Source: a virus (taxonomy: Duplodnaviria; Caudoviricetes). From it: a stretch of 64,000 nucleotides of DNA. The stretch covers positions 47,356-111,355 of IMG/VR virus record IMGVR_UViG_2511231106_000004; one strand, given 5' to 3'. A model generated the notes under the pieces. That model saw nothing but the letters and a program-made list of their open reading frames with translations. It ran no database searches and had not been told where the DNA came from. The position numbers were made by a program, and so were the translations under genes. Positions 25,258 to 35,547 of the stretch are shown here, in pieces. Position 1 is the stretch's first letter, and the number at the start of each line of letters is the position of its first letter.

Positions 25258-25612
25258 GCTCCATCACGCTCCTTTCCAGGAAAAAATCCCTGGCCGGGAT
25301 GATGGTATCGGTATAGCCAGTTCCCCGCACGAGCTTCACTTCATAGATATACCGGCCACAGGATAAATGCCGTGTATCTTCCGGCAGGAATACCAGAACA
25401 CAGCTGTCCTGCTCCTGACGGATGCCCTGGCCCAGCGTTTTCGTGAGGACAGGGTCCTTATCCGTAATGAAGCGTTTCAGTGTAAAGGTCAGGCGGTCGC
25501 CGTCCCCCGGGATAAAGACACTGCCCGTTACCCGGTCGCGGATGGTCAGGTCGAATTCTGCTGAATCGCCCCGCGTCAGATGGATCCGGTTCTTCACTAC
25601 AAAAAAGCTCAT
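25244..25612 (-). CDS. BppU N-terminal-like baseplate protein
   Basis: IHLTRGDS, FLPEDT..L..GRYIYEVKL. Confidence 0.6.
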   Translation of the reverse strand: MSFFVVKNRIHLTRGDSAEFDLTIRDRVTGSVFIPGDGDRLTFTLKRFITDKDPVLTKTLGQGIRQEQDSCVLVFLPEDTRHLSCGRYIYEVKLVRGTGYTDTIIPARDFFLERSVMERGTE

Positions 25613-25624
25613 CTCCCTCACCTC

Positions 25625-25882
25625 CTACTCATTCTGCCGTTGCTCAATCACATCCAGGCGATGCTGCACGTGCCCCGTAGCTTCTTCCACCCGGGACAAC
25701 CGCTCTGCCATCTGCTGTCGTTTGGATTCCGTATCGGATAGTTGCCTGCGCAGATGATCAATGCACTCCTGCAGGCTCCGTACTGATTGATTTAAGGGTT
25801 TGATGACGCTGAAATTGAAGATAACGCCGCAGAGCATCAGGACCGATACCAGAGATGCGGCCATCTGTAACCATTCAGCCAT
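25625..25882 (-). CDS. Membrane-anchored coiled-coil protein
   Basis: One N-terminal hydrophobic helix, then RLSRVEE..HRLD coiled coil. Confidence 0.65.
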   Translation of the reverse strand: MAEWLQMAASLVSVLMLCGVIFNFSVIKPLNQSVRSLQECIDHLRRQLSDTESKRQQMAERLSRVEEATGHVQHRLDVIEQRQNE

Positions 25883-25894
25883 ATTTCTCACCTC

Positions 25895-26878
25895 CTATCC
25901 CGTCCGCTGAAACATGTACACGACGATGGACGGCTGCATGTTGTTGTGCGGCTGGCCGCCACCCGTCCGGGAAAGGCTGTGGGAATGATTTCCATCCCAG
26001 GACGTATGCCCGTCTACCTGATTGCCATGCCAGCAGCCGTCGCCATAGCCTACGGCCACAGGTGCATCATTGCCTTCACAGGCATCCCACTGGAAGTTGC
26101 GCGGCAATGCCCCGCAGGACCAGTGACGATGATTTCCGCTGTCTCCGACTGTATGGCCATGAGCCGGAGTTTCTGGAATCGTAAGATTGTGCTTCTCTTC
26201 GCCCAGTTTGTCCCCGGCCTTGTACATGGTCCCGCTGTCTGCCGCCCCGGCCCCGATCAGGCACCTCCCCATGGCAAAGGCCACCCAGGTCGTACCCGGC
26301 CAGTACGTTGCCGGATTCTTCCCGTCCGCAGAAATGTAGATGGCATTGACAGGGAACGGACAGGCCTGGATTTTGGCCACGGCTTCCTCGTCCATATCGG
26401 CGTAGGTGACCTTGCCCCAGCTGCCGTTGCTGTGCAGGACCGTATTCAGCTTCCCCGCAGCCGGTGACGGGACCATGCCGCTCTGGCCTGCTGTCTTTTC
26501 GCCGCAGCCGCTGAAATCCGGCAGGGTGATATCCCTCGTGCCGTCAAACAGCACCCGGTGAATCTTCCGTCCCGTCTGCAGCTTCGACGCACTGGCTGCA
26601 TTGCCGCTGATGCCGCTGGCATGGGCCTTGGCATCGGTCAGATGAGCATTGATGTCGGCTGCCGTAGCAGAAATTCGCTCATAGAGCCGGGCATCATTAC
26701 TGACCAGCTGGGACACGGTCCTGTTCTGCTGATTGAAGACGACCGGGTCTTCCGAAAGATACTGAGGGAAAAGCACATCATAATCCAGCGTATTTTCTAC
26801 GGCTTCTGTCGGCCGGACTTCCTGCCCGGCCCGGTCCGGAAAATCTGCTGACCACTTCTCCTTGATATACTCAGCCAC
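25895..26878 (-). CDS. Tail fibre / baseplate protein with collar-like C-terminal domain
   Basis: ISGNAASASKL, FDGTRDI, PFPVNAIY, GRCLIGAG, HNNMQPSIVVY. Confidence 0.75.
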   Translation of the reverse strand: MAEYIKEKWSADFPDRAGQEVRPTEAVENTLDYDVLFPQYLSEDPVVFNQQNRTVSQLVSNDARLYERISATAADINAHLTDAKAHASGISGNAASASKLQTGRKIHRVLFDGTRDITLPDFSGCGEKTAGQSGMVPSPAAGKLNTVLHSNGSWGKVTYADMDEEAVAKIQACPFPVNAIYISADGKNPATYWPGTTWVAFAMGRCLIGAGAADSGTMYKAGDKLGEEKHNLTIPETPAHGHTVGDSGNHRHWSCGALPRNFQWDACEGNDAPVAVGYGDGCWHGNQVDGHTSWDGNHSHSLSRTGGGQPHNNMQPSIVVYMFQRTG

Positions 26879-27437
26879 TTGCCGTCACTCCTTTCCCGGA
26901 TACGATAGTCGCTGTCGAGAACGTCGCCTCGCCATCCCAGTGGATCTTCCCGTTCCAAGAATAGCCCAGATAGATGGCATAGCCCAGATGGGCCGGCTTG
27001 TAGATGTTGAGCTGCGTGATGAGCTTCTGCAGGGTCGTGGTATCTTTGTCGTTCATGATGCAGTAGACCTTGAAGTAGTACTCCTCATTGACTTCCTCGA
27101 TATGGCCGACACTGTAAAGATTGATGATGGAGTTCATGAAATCTTTCGTAGACACATCCACGTGCTGCAGCTTGAAGAGAATCCGCTGTCTGCGGAATTC
27201 GTCACTATCTCCGTCACCGGGCTTGATGCCCAGGAACGATTCATAAAGCGGCAGCGCCCAGGTGGCGGTGTTCACGAAGAAGTTGTCCGACAGGTCCTGC
27301 AGAGCCAGGCGCAGGCGGTTATGCTCCGTGCTGCAGGTATCTGCTGTCTTATTGAACATCGGGTCTTTCCCCAGGAATTTCGGCAGATAGTCCAGCACAT
27401 CAATGGGGTGCTGCCTCATCCACTCATTCGCTGACAA
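26871..27437 (-). CDS. Baseplate wedge protein, DUF2313/XkdU-like
   Basis: YLPKFL, FVNTATWAL, YKPAHLGY; after baseplate J. Confidence 0.8.
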   Translation of the reverse strand: MSANEWMRQHPIDVLDYLPKFLGKDPMFNKTADTCSTEHNRLRLALQDLSDNFFVNTATWALPLYESFLGIKPGDGDSDEFRRQRILFKLQHVDVSTKDFMNSIINLYSVGHIEEVNEEYYFKVYCIMNDKDTTTLQKLITQLNIYKPAHLGYAIYLGYSWNGKIHWDGEATFSTATIVSGKGVTASG

Positions 27438-28491
27438 GGTTCAGCACCACCTTTCCGACTACCGGGATCTGCTCATTGGTCAGGCGGATGTTCTCCGCCT
27501 TGCCGCTAAGTTTCAGGTTCCGGTAGTCTGTAATCCCGTTCACGCCCAGAATGAGCCGCCCAATCTGTGCCAGGCTGACATAGGACAGGCTGAAACCTGT
27601 ATTCTTGAAATAGGCAGACACAGCATCTGTCACCGCATCGGCATTGACGGTGCCGTACACTTCTGCCGTAATATCCACAGATACGGGTGCCGGAGATACC
27701 ACAGTCACGGTGGCCCCGATGGGCCGCTGGGATTCGATGTACCGGGACACTTTCTGGATCAGCTCCTTGGAAGCAGATTCATTCTCTGCCGTCACAATGA
27801 TGACTTTCACCGTACCGTTCCCGTTCCAGAGCGGGATGACCTTGCAGTTGCCCACCCCGTCCACGGACATGGCCCAGGAGCGGTAGTGGTTGGCATTGCC
27901 GGATGTGATGGGCTGGCGGACCCGGAACAGGAGCCGTGCCAGAAGGGCCGCATCGGTTTCCTCATCAGCCCCGTCCGTGCATTTCTCCGGATTGGTCACG
28001 CTGTATACATTGGGGATGGAATAAGGGATTTCCGTAATCGTCCCCGGTGCCACATTCCCTTTCACCCCTGTATCTGCGGCCTGGACAGCAATGTCTGCTT
28101 CCGTTCCGTCAGATGGAATCGTAGCGGATTCTGTCGTATAGAAGCGCAGCCCGTCTTTCGTCTGGAACAGGCTGCCACGTATGATGTAAGCCCCGGACTG
28201 CCCGGTAACCGTCACTTGACCATTGGCCTTCACTGCCTGTTTTCGCTGGATACCGAATTCCTCAGCCCGGAGCGTCAGATATTCGCCCCAGGCAGTTTCA
28301 GCAAATGCCGCGTCCCGCAGCATGGCCATCTCAGCATAGCTGTTCTCGAATTCCACGGCATTGGCATCAATCATATCCCGGGCAAAAGAGCCTTCGATAG
28401 CCGTCTTGTCCGTATCGGTCAGCGTGTGCAGGGTCTGCACCATGCGGCTCTCAATCTGGTCTTTTGTCTGGGCATCGAACAAATCGCTCAT
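27424..28491 (-). CDS. Baseplate J/gp47 (XkdT-like)
   Basis: TAWGEYL, GADEETD, GNANHYRSWA, WNGNGTVKV, RPIGA. Confidence 0.92.
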   Translation of the reverse strand: MSDLFDAQTKDQIESRMVQTLHTLTDTDKTAIEGSFARDMIDANAVEFENSYAEMAMLRDAAFAETAWGEYLTLRAEEFGIQRKQAVKANGQVTVTGQSGAYIIRGSLFQTKDGLRFYTTESATIPSDGTEADIAVQAADTGVKGNVAPGTITEIPYSIPNVYSVTNPEKCTDGADEETDAALLARLLFRVRQPITSGNANHYRSWAMSVDGVGNCKVIPLWNGNGTVKVIIVTAENESASKELIQKVSRYIESQRPIGATVTVVSPAPVSVDITAEVYGTVNADAVTDAVSAYFKNTGFSLSYVSLAQIGRLILGVNGITDYRNLKLSGKAENIRLTNEQIPVVGKVVLNLVSE

Positions 28492-28937
28492 GCAAGACTC
28501 CTTTCTGCGGCAACCGTAATGCTTTCATCGCTGTAAATGGATGTCACATCCACCAGAATGAACAATTCATCTTTCTCCCGCTTTTCCACATCCACCCGGT
28601 TGATCCGTGCAATATAGGGATTAACGGCCAGCCCCTCCCGGATATTCTGGCAGATCTGGTCTGCTGTATAGACGCTGTTGGGCATCGCCCCCTGATAGGG
28701 TTCAATGGTAATGCCGTATTCATCATGGTAGGCCAGATACCGATATCGTTCCGTCATCAGGGCTTTATAAATCCACACTTTGAGAGCTTCATCTTCTGTC
28801 ACGGTGATGTTGTTCCCGTTCTCGTCATAGCGGAACCGATGCTTCTCAAAGTCATAGCCGTATTCCGAAAGGAGCGGCAATGTTTCTCTGGCACTGGTAT
28901 CCGCTCCGGATGCCAAGGCCACAAAAGGATCAGCCAT
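28488..28937 (-). CDS. DUF2634/XkdS-like baseplate protein
   Basis: EALKVWIYKALMTERYRY..YG. Confidence 0.82.
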   Translation of the reverse strand: MADPFVALASGADTSARETLPLLSEYGYDFEKHRFRYDENGNNITVTEDEALKVWIYKALMTERYRYLAYHDEYGITIEPYQGAMPNSVYTADQICQNIREGLAVNPYIARINRVDVEKREKDELFILVDVTSIYSDESITVAAERSLA

Positions 28938-29349
28938 ATCCGTCCAACCTCACAATCTCATCTAAAATCACATACTGCTGGATTTTCCCGTTCACCAGCA
29001 TGGGCATGATGGCGACTTTCATGCCCGGCTTCAAGGTATCCGTGGTAATCACCGAATCAGTGTAGTCGTTATGGATGTCGTGGTTATGCGACTGATACGC
29101 CGCATCCCCGCTGCCGCCTTCCCGGTTCTGGGTAGCCGATACCAGATGGCCCCGGGCCGTCCTGCCGTAGCCTGCCAGAAGGTAATGGGAAATCCACAGT
29201 TCCTCTTTGGTCAGGACGATGCCGTTGTATTTCACCTGGATGTCCGGCGGAGATTGGAGTATCTCGCCAATCTGGATGGACGGGCTGTTGCTGCTCCGCG
29301 ATACCTGCTCCATGAGGTTCAGCAGACTGATGTATGGATTTTTCTGCAT
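28930..29349 (-). CDS. DUF2577/XkdR-like spike protein
   Basis: IGEILQSPPDIQV, LKPGMKVA; synteny. Confidence 0.75.
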   Translation of the reverse strand: MQKNPYISLLNLMEQVSRSSNSPSIQIGEILQSPPDIQVKYNGIVLTKEELWISHYLLAGYGRTARGHLVSATQNREGGSGDAAYQSHNHDIHNDYTDSVITTDTLKPGMKVAIMPMLVNGKIQQYVILDEIVRLDGYG

Positions 29350-29355
29350 CTCCCG

Positions 29356-30870
29356 TCACCCCCTCGATGTCTTGATGATGGTCGCCGGATAGTAGTCGCT
29401 CCCCATGTCGATGCTCCCTTCATAATGATGGAAGCAGCCGTACACGCTGGAACTGTTGCCCCAGCAGCCGCCATTTCCGTCATAGACCACGACATGCCAG
29501 TTCGGATCTGGCTTGCTGTAGCGGTTGTACATGATGATGTCGCCTTTCTCCAGCCGTGCCGGGTCGTAGGGGATCGCCAGTCCCTGGGCTTCGGCATCGG
29601 CCCGGAGCTGGTCGCATCCTTTGACGTTGTTGTTGTATTCCTGCGCGGCAAAGGGCGAATACCCGGCAGCGGCAACTGTTGCCCGGTCCACGCAGCCATT
29701 GGAGCCATAAGGCGAAACGGTACCATCGAAATTCTCCATGCACGAATCCACCACATCGCCTCCGGCGGCATTTCCGCTCATGGACGCCCCGCTCCGGCTG
29801 CCCGAAGCGGCCGCTATAGGCGGCACGTAATCCGGGTTCGCATTATAGGACGCACTGTCGAGTTCCTGCTTCTGCTCATCCAGCAGTTTATGGAAGACCA
29901 GATGCAGTTCCATGGTGTGCCTGTTCCCCTCAATCCGATGGCTGTCCGACTTGATGAAGAACCGCCCCTTGAGCTGTTCTTCCTGGATGTCCACGGAAAA
30001 ACCGGCGATGCACCAGATATGGCCGAGCGCCTTGACGGACATGTCATGGGCAACGGTCTTCAGCATGGCCCGGGCCTGCGAGGCATCGTCCTGCTTGGGG
30101 TCGGCCTTGCAGATGGCCTGGATGGTGCCGAATCGTTCGATATCGGTGCTATTCGGCATCTCGCCTTTCGTCTGGCCCGCACTGTCCACGACCATCACCT
30201 TGGATACCAGGTCCTCGATAGACTCCGATACAGATGCCCCGGTAAGATTCGCTTCATCGCTGATGAGGAAGTTCTCCACCACCTGGTCATTGGTACAGAC
30301 CACATTCAGCTTCCTGTCCGTCATGTAGATGTGATACCCTTTGCCATCCTGTGCCGACTGGTAAGACAGCGCCTGCTTGATGGCATCGGTCGCTGAGATG
30401 TCATCGGCGATGAAACTGCACACCACGGAAAGGTCCGGCATCGTCCCGGCTTCGATGGAAAAGTCATGGATGGTCTGCCGGATGGCATCAGCCACGGTCA
30501 CATTGGCGTATTTCCGGGTAATGCGTGACTTGGCCAGATAGATGATGTTGTCGAAGGCCACAAAGCGCATGGCATAGGACTCGCTGTCCCGGCTCCGGGA
30601 GAAGATGCGCCCCTGGAAAACGGGGTACGTCTCCTGCGTGACCTCATCGGTATAGGAAAAACACACTTCATCCCCCAGCTCCAGGACGGCATTCGTCCAG
30701 TCCTTGTCTTTCGTGGTGTAGGCGATATCAAATTCCAGCTTTCTCCCGGCCTGCTCCACATCGCCCGACCAGGTATAGGAAAGGACATAGGCAGACAAGT
30801 CCGTGTTCTGCGGCTTGTCTGCCTGCTGGCTTTCCGTATCTGCCTTATTTATCTTTGCCAACTGGAACAT
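29356..30870 (-). CDS. XkdQ-like baseplate hub fused to NlpC/P60-CHAP-like hydrolase
   Basis: WSGD..GRKLEF hub; C-terminal GCVD..KGDIIMY..HVVVY. Confidence 0.8.
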   Translation of the reverse strand: MFQLAKINKADTESQQADKPQNTDLSAYVLSYTWSGDVEQAGRKLEFDIAYTTKDKDWTNAVLELGDEVCFSYTDEVTQETYPVFQGRIFSRSRDSESYAMRFVAFDNIIYLAKSRITRKYANVTVADAIRQTIHDFSIEAGTMPDLSVVCSFIADDISATDAIKQALSYQSAQDGKGYHIYMTDRKLNVVCTNDQVVENFLISDEANLTGASVSESIEDLVSKVMVVDSAGQTKGEMPNSTDIERFGTIQAICKADPKQDDASQARAMLKTVAHDMSVKALGHIWCIAGFSVDIQEEQLKGRFFIKSDSHRIEGNRHTMELHLVFHKLLDEQKQELDSASYNANPDYVPPIAAASGSRSGASMSGNAAGGDVVDSCMENFDGTVSPYGSNGCVDRATVAAAGYSPFAAQEYNNNVKGCDQLRADAEAQGLAIPYDPARLEKGDIIMYNRYSKPDPNWHVVVYDGNGGCWGNSSSVYGCFHHYEGSIDMGSDYYPATIIKTSRG

Positions 30871-31579
30871 TTTCATCATTCCTTTTCAGGTTCATGGTCG
30901 TCAGCCGGATGATGTCCCCCGGCGAGAGGCCGCCGCTGCGGATGATGCTGCGGTAGACCTGGAACTTGGAGAACTGCTCCTTATTGAGCGTGACCGATTT
31001 CCCGATGGCCCGGCCCACGACGTTGCCGATGCTGTCGCCCGGATAATAGGTGATGTTCTTCTTCATCTTCTGCCAGAACGACTCAGGGCGTTTCTTCAGC
31101 CCCGTTGCCGGGTCCGTTTTCCCTGGTTCCGCCGCCGTGACATAGCGGTATTCCGTCAACGCCAGTTCATAATACACATCGCCGCTGCCGTCCTTTTCCC
31201 CGAACTTGAAAGAGCTGATCAGGCAGGGCATGGAGATGGGCGTGTCCGATACCGTGAGCTGGCAGACCTCGCCGCCTGTACGCATGGCTTCCAGTTCGGC
31301 GATATAGGTATAAGGCGACAGCGTCATCATGGCAAAGGGATAATCCTGGGCCGGGAAAAAGCCCGCCAGCGTCAGGGACTTCAGCCCGGTCCTGCCTTTC
31401 ATGAGATACTCCCCGTAGTTGTTGATGTTCACCGTGCCATGGTTCGTATTGACGGAAACCATCAGTTCCGAAGGCAGCACGGGAAAGGTCACAACAGAGC
31501 TGCCCGCAGCCAGGGAAATCGTCAGATCCTGTGACGCCTGCCCGATGGCATTCAGGATGGATTCTAAGAATGAGGCCAT
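30845..31579 (-). CDS. XkdP-like tail tube initiator
   Basis: FPVLPSEL, GFFPAQDYPF, GDVYYELALTEYR. Confidence 0.75.
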   Translation of the reverse strand: MASFLESILNAIGQASQDLTISLAAGSSVVTFPVLPSELMVSVNTNHGTVNINNYGEYLMKGRTGLKSLTLAGFFPAQDYPFAMMTLSPYTYIAELEAMRTGGEVCQLTVSDTPISMPCLISSFKFGEKDGSGDVYYELALTEYRYVTAAEPGKTDPATGLKKRPESFWQKMKKNITYYPGDSIGNVVGRAIGKSVTLNKEQFSKFQVYRSIIRSGGLSPGDIIRLTTMNLKRNDENVPVGKDK

Positions 31580-33699
31580 CAGATGGTCGCTCCTTTCATG
31601 CGGTTCATGCCGTACAGCCGGATCTTTTCCACCAGCTTGTCGGCTACGGCATCGATGTCCTGCTCGCTGCGGACGTTCATCGTATCGATGCGAATGGTGA
31701 TGGAGCGGCTGCCTGCGTTCATGGCCTGCCGGATGCTTTCATCATGCGGGACCACGGTACTGCCGTTTGGCAGGTGGACCAGCTCGCCCCGGCGGTCTTC
31801 GTTGATGACCGCAAAGCCGCCGCCAAAGTTCTCGACGCCTCCGGCAAAATGACTGATAGGTTCCATATTGAATCCCACATGAGTCGGCGCCCCGCCGGTC
31901 AGAGACGGGATATCGATGGACAGGCCGTTGACGCTGGCAATGAGTCCGTTCACCTGGTCAATGACCCAGTTCACACCATTCCGGAAGGTATCCTTGATGC
32001 TCTCCCAGATGCTGGAAGCCGTCTCACTGATGCCGTTCATTGCTCCGTCCCAGGCCGAAGCAATCCATTGCATCCCGGCATCCACAGCATCCGACACCGC
32101 CTGGATGGCCTGTTCGATATACTGTGAAACCGTATCCCAGTTGCTCCAGAGGAGATACAGCCCTGCGATGACGGCAGCTATGACAATCAGGATTGGATTG
32201 TCCATCGCTGCTGCACCAACTGCCCGGATGACCGTAATCATCATCCTGCCCACGGTCAGGAACGTACTGCCCATGCCTTTGGCAACGATGGCGATGCCTC
32301 TTGCCACCGTGATGAGGCCCTTGAACTGGGCAGCCAGATACTTCGATACGCTCCCGGCCTTGCTGATGCCCGCGGCGATGGAGCTGAACGTCCCAAAGGC
32401 CCGTCCGCCTATCGTCAGCACCCGTCCCAGGGTGGAACCGAAGATCTGGAAGGTCACGATGCCGAAAGCCACCTGGCCGATCAGCGTCTTCTGCTCCGGC
32501 GTCAGCGACCGGAACCAGGCCGCCAGTTCCTTCACCCGCAGGGACATGGTCTTGAAATAAGGGGTAAAGGAAACAGCCAGGTCCATCCCGGCATTCTTCA
32601 GCTGGTTCATAGCAATCTGCATCTGCTCCGACGGGGTCAGCATCTTCTCATAGGCTTCCCGGGTCATGCCGGCAGACTGGGCCATCTGGTCCATGACCTT
32701 ATCGAAATCCCCGGCTCCCTTGCCCGTCAGGACCAGGATGCTGTTCAGGCCCTCGACAGAACCAAAGAGCTGGGCCATCTGTTCGACATCACCGCCCGTG
32801 GCCCGCTTCACTTCGCCCAGGAACTTCACCCATCCTACGCTCTGCAAATGAGCCGCGTTGAACTCAAGACCAAGGGACTGAGCCAGTTTCGCCGCTTCAG
32901 CAGACGGCTTCAGGATGTTGCTGTAAGCCGCCTTGAGTCCTGTGATGGCTTCACTGGTCCGGATGCCGTTCTTGGTCAGGACGGCAATGGAACCGAATAG
33001 TTCCTGGGTGCTGACATTAAGCTGTGCCGCAATGGGGATGACGTTTCCCATGGACTGGGCCATCTCGCCAAAGGATGTCTTGCCGAAGTTCTGTGCCAGG
33101 AGCATCTGGTCCGTCACCGCCGTGGCTTCCTCTGCCGATTTCCCATAGGCATTGAGGACGGTCGTGACGCCATTCACGGCTGTCGTCGTATCCGTGAACC
33201 CGGCCTTGGCGGCGATGGTCATATCCTTGACAAAACCTACGGCATGGCCGGCATCGACACCTGCCGAGATGGCCTGGTAGACCGATTCGGAAAGGTCGGC
33301 AACGCCCGCCCCGGTTTCATCGCTGACAGCACGGATTTCATCACTAACCTTCTGCATGGAAACGACCGTCGTATCCACCAGGGTCGAAATCTTGGCGATG
33401 CCATTGGCAAAGTCGCTGTGCAGCTTGAAGCCTGCCGTCGCAGCCGCCAGGATAGGTGCCGACAGCAGGGCCATCTTGTCTGACAAACCGGAAATCTTGC
33501 TTCCCGTCTGCTCGATGCTCTTTGCCGTCCGTTTCTGGATGTGCTCATGCTCCGTCAGCTTGTCTGACAGGCCACTGACCGATTGTTTCGCCGCCGCCAT
33601 CTGGGCCTTCATGGTTCCCAGACTAGCATTGACGCTCCGCACGGTCGGCGTGAACAAATCCCGCAAACGGATAGCAGCATCGATGACGTTATTGGCCAA
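31579..33699 (-). CDS. Tail tape measure protein
   Basis: 706 aa Ala-rich; GKTSFGEM, W-spaced repeats, GELVHLPNGSTV. Confidence 0.92.
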   Translation of the reverse strand: MANNVIDAAIRLRDLFTPTVRSVNASLGTMKAQMAAAKQSVSGLSDKLTEHEHIQKRTAKSIEQTGSKISGLSDKMALLSAPILAAATAGFKLHSDFANGIAKISTLVDTTVVSMQKVSDEIRAVSDETGAGVADLSESVYQAISAGVDAGHAVGFVKDMTIAAKAGFTDTTTAVNGVTTVLNAYGKSAEEATAVTDQMLLAQNFGKTSFGEMAQSMGNVIPIAAQLNVSTQELFGSIAVLTKNGIRTSEAITGLKAAYSNILKPSAEAAKLAQSLGLEFNAAHLQSVGWVKFLGEVKRATGGDVEQMAQLFGSVEGLNSILVLTGKGAGDFDKVMDQMAQSAGMTREAYEKMLTPSEQMQIAMNQLKNAGMDLAVSFTPYFKTMSLRVKELAAWFRSLTPEQKTLIGQVAFGIVTFQIFGSTLGRVLTIGGRAFGTFSSIAAGISKAGSVSKYLAAQFKGLITVARGIAIVAKGMGSTFLTVGRMMITVIRAVGAAAMDNPILIVIAAVIAGLYLLWSNWDTVSQYIEQAIQAVSDAVDAGMQWIASAWDGAMNGISETASSIWESIKDTFRNGVNWVIDQVNGLIASVNGLSIDIPSLTGGAPTHVGFNMEPISHFAGGVENFGGGFAVINEDRRGELVHLPNGSTVVPHDESIRQAMNAGSRSITIRIDTMNVRSEQDIDAVADKLVEKIRLYGMNRMKGATI

Positions 33700-33778
33700 T
33701 AGGTATCACCTCTCAATGTTGTTACAGCTATAAAAATATAGTAAGATAAAAGAAATCTATCTTTACGGAGGAATTCCA

Positions 33779-34474
33779 ATGCGCTATTTCAATGAAACAG
33801 AAAAAAGATTAGCTGAACGATATCACCATATGGAGCTTGGAACTTGCAAAATCTGTGAAGAATGTCATAAGAAAGAGCGTTTATCCTTGCCGATTGGCTG
33901 TTGGTGCGTAGGTTCCGATTTTAATAAAACTTCCAAGAGAATTCTATTTGTCGGTAAAAATGCCAGAAACAATCCCGGCACGATTGAAGACGGCTTCCGC
34001 AATCCCTTTCAATATACCCGTGAATCTCTGTGGAACAAAAGCTGGCCATACTGGAGCTATACTCGTGCTATCACTCTGAGAATATTCGGTGACGATTCCA
34101 TAGAACACATCGCATTTACCAATATTGTCAAATGCAACAATTCCGGAGGAAAGGATACTACCTCAGATTTTGTAAAATCCAACTGTATCCTAAACCTAAA
34201 AGTCCTTCAGCAGGAATTAAAGGTAATACATCCTACTCATGTCATTTTTTATACATCTTGGTATTATGACGATTACATCCCTAACGTCTTTGACCGTTAT
34301 AATATTCATTACAACGGTTTTAAAAATATTGGGAAAAGAAAAATGCCCTGGCAGGAAGCCATTTCCACGCTGGGCAATCAAACCTTTCATGTACTACGTG
34401 TCGGCCACCCACAATGCAAGAAAAAAAGCGACTTCGTCTATGAAATATCTAAGTGGATTGAGCCTACCTTATGA
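33779..34474 (+). CDS. Uracil-DNA glycosylase superfamily-like moron
   Basis: CKICEEC, ILFVGKN, AFTNIVKC, ELKVIHPTHVIF, VGHP; AT-rich, antisense in tail operon, own RBS. Confidence 0.6.
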   Translation: MRYFNETEKRLAERYHHMELGTCKICEECHKKERLSLPIGCWCVGSDFNKTSKRILFVGKNARNNPGTIEDGFRNPFQYTRESLWNKSWPYWSYTRAITLRIFGDDSIEHIAFTNIVKCNNSGGKDTTSDFVKSNCILNLKVLQQELKVIHPTHVIFYTSWYYDDYIPNVFDRYNIHYNGFKNIGKRKMPWQEAISTLGNQTFHVLRVGHPQCKKKSDFVYEISKWIEPTL

Positions 34475-34504
34475 CTTTATGCCAGATAGCCGTATTTTCA
34501 GCAG

Positions 34505-34678
34505 TTAATCCGATAATGCTGAAGATACTTTTTTATTGCGTTCTTCCATCTCATAGCGGATGAAGGCATACAGCACCTGCCGTTCACCGTATCCCAGTTT
34601 CATGACCGCTGACGGCAGCAGGTGATGCTCCCGGAATAGGAGATACATCGCCTGCACTTCGCCATCGGTCCGGATCAG
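34505..34678 (-). CDS. Tail assembly chaperone -1 frameshift extension (gpT-like)
   Basis: Slippery A AAA AAC at 34684-34678 before the stop; -1 frame open for 57 codons LIRTDGEVQAMYLLFREHHLLPS.. Confidence 0.75.
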   Translation of the reverse strand: MIRTDGEVQAMYLLFREHHLLPSAVMKLGYGERQVLYAFIRYEMEERNKKVSSALSD

Positions 34679-35091
34679 TTTTTTACGGCTTTGTCCGCCT
34701 TTTCCTGGGTCGTATAACCGTTGAGTTCCGTAATCTGTGCCGTAAGGTCGGCGATTTCGCCCGCTAGGAAGAGCTTGCGGATGATGTCACCAGGGAGTAC
34801 AACTCCGAATTTTTCCAGCAGGTCCTTGTTCTTGAGGTCGGGGTCGGCAATCCCTGCCAAGAGCGTCTGGGTCTGCATCTGATAAATGTCGATGTTATCG
34901 GCGCTGCCGTTGGTGAAGTCCACGGCCATCTTCTGGATATCTGCATAGCGTTCCGGGTCGATGGCCCGGAGCGTGATGACAAAATCGAACCCGAACAGCT
35001 TCGAGAGCCGTTCCATCTTCACTTTCTTTTCAGGCCGTTCGGCCAGCTTGTTCACTACATCTGCTTTCAGTAGCCGGTCTACCATATTCAT
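34675..35091 (-). CDS. Tail assembly chaperone, XkdN-like
   Basis: DPDLKNKDL, FLAGEI; after tail tube. Confidence 0.85.
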   Translation of the reverse strand: MNMVDRLLKADVVNKLAERPEKKVKMERLSKLFGFDFVITLRAIDPERYADIQKMAVDFTNGSADNIDIYQMQTQTLLAGIADPDLKNKDLLEKFGVVLPGDIIRKLFLAGEIADLTAQITELNGYTTQEKADKAVKN

Positions 35092-35104
35092 GTGCTTGTT
35101 CTCC

Positions 35105-35533
35105 TTATGCTAAATCCAAGAGGTCCCAGTCCGAGAAGGTGAAGCTGTAGCTTTCCTCGCCCATCTTGTCCACTTCCCAGTCGGCCAGAATCAGGCTGTC
35201 AAAGGTCGCATCCTTGATGACGATGCGCTCGCTGCCGATAGCATCCTTGTCATCCAGGACGGAGACGATGGTCACGACAGTCTGCCTGCCCGCCTTGATG
35301 TTGTCGTTCATCTTCCGGATCATGTAGCTCGACACCTTATGCAGCTTCAGCTGACCTTTGCAGTCGTAGCCTGTGACCTTGTAGCCTTTGCCCACATGGC
35401 GGAGCATCTTTACTTCTTCCTTGGTCAGCGTGACCTCGGCCTTGAATGCCGTTGCTTCGGCCATGAGGTCGCCGTCGATATACAAATCGGCGTACTTGCC
35501 GTTCATGACCCGTTTGGCTTCCATACTGTTCAT
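35105..35533 (-). CDS. Tail tube protein, XkdM-like
   Basis: MNGKYADLYIDG, GSERIV, FTFSDW. Confidence 0.9.
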   Translation of the reverse strand: MNSMEAKRVMNGKYADLYIDGDLMAEATAFKAEVTLTKEEVKMLRHVGKGYKVTGYDCKGQLKLHKVSSYMIRKMNDNIKAGRQTVVTIVSVLDDKDAIGSERIVIKDATFDSLILADWEVDKMGEESYSFTFSDWDLLDLA

Positions 35534-35547
35534 CCGGCTTCACCCCC

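Noticed and set aside
16925-26878. Diversity-generating retroelement or invertible tail-fibre cassette
   Set aside because: No reverse transcriptase, no adenine-specific TR/VR pair, and no inverted crossover repeats seen; the recombinases are integrase-type
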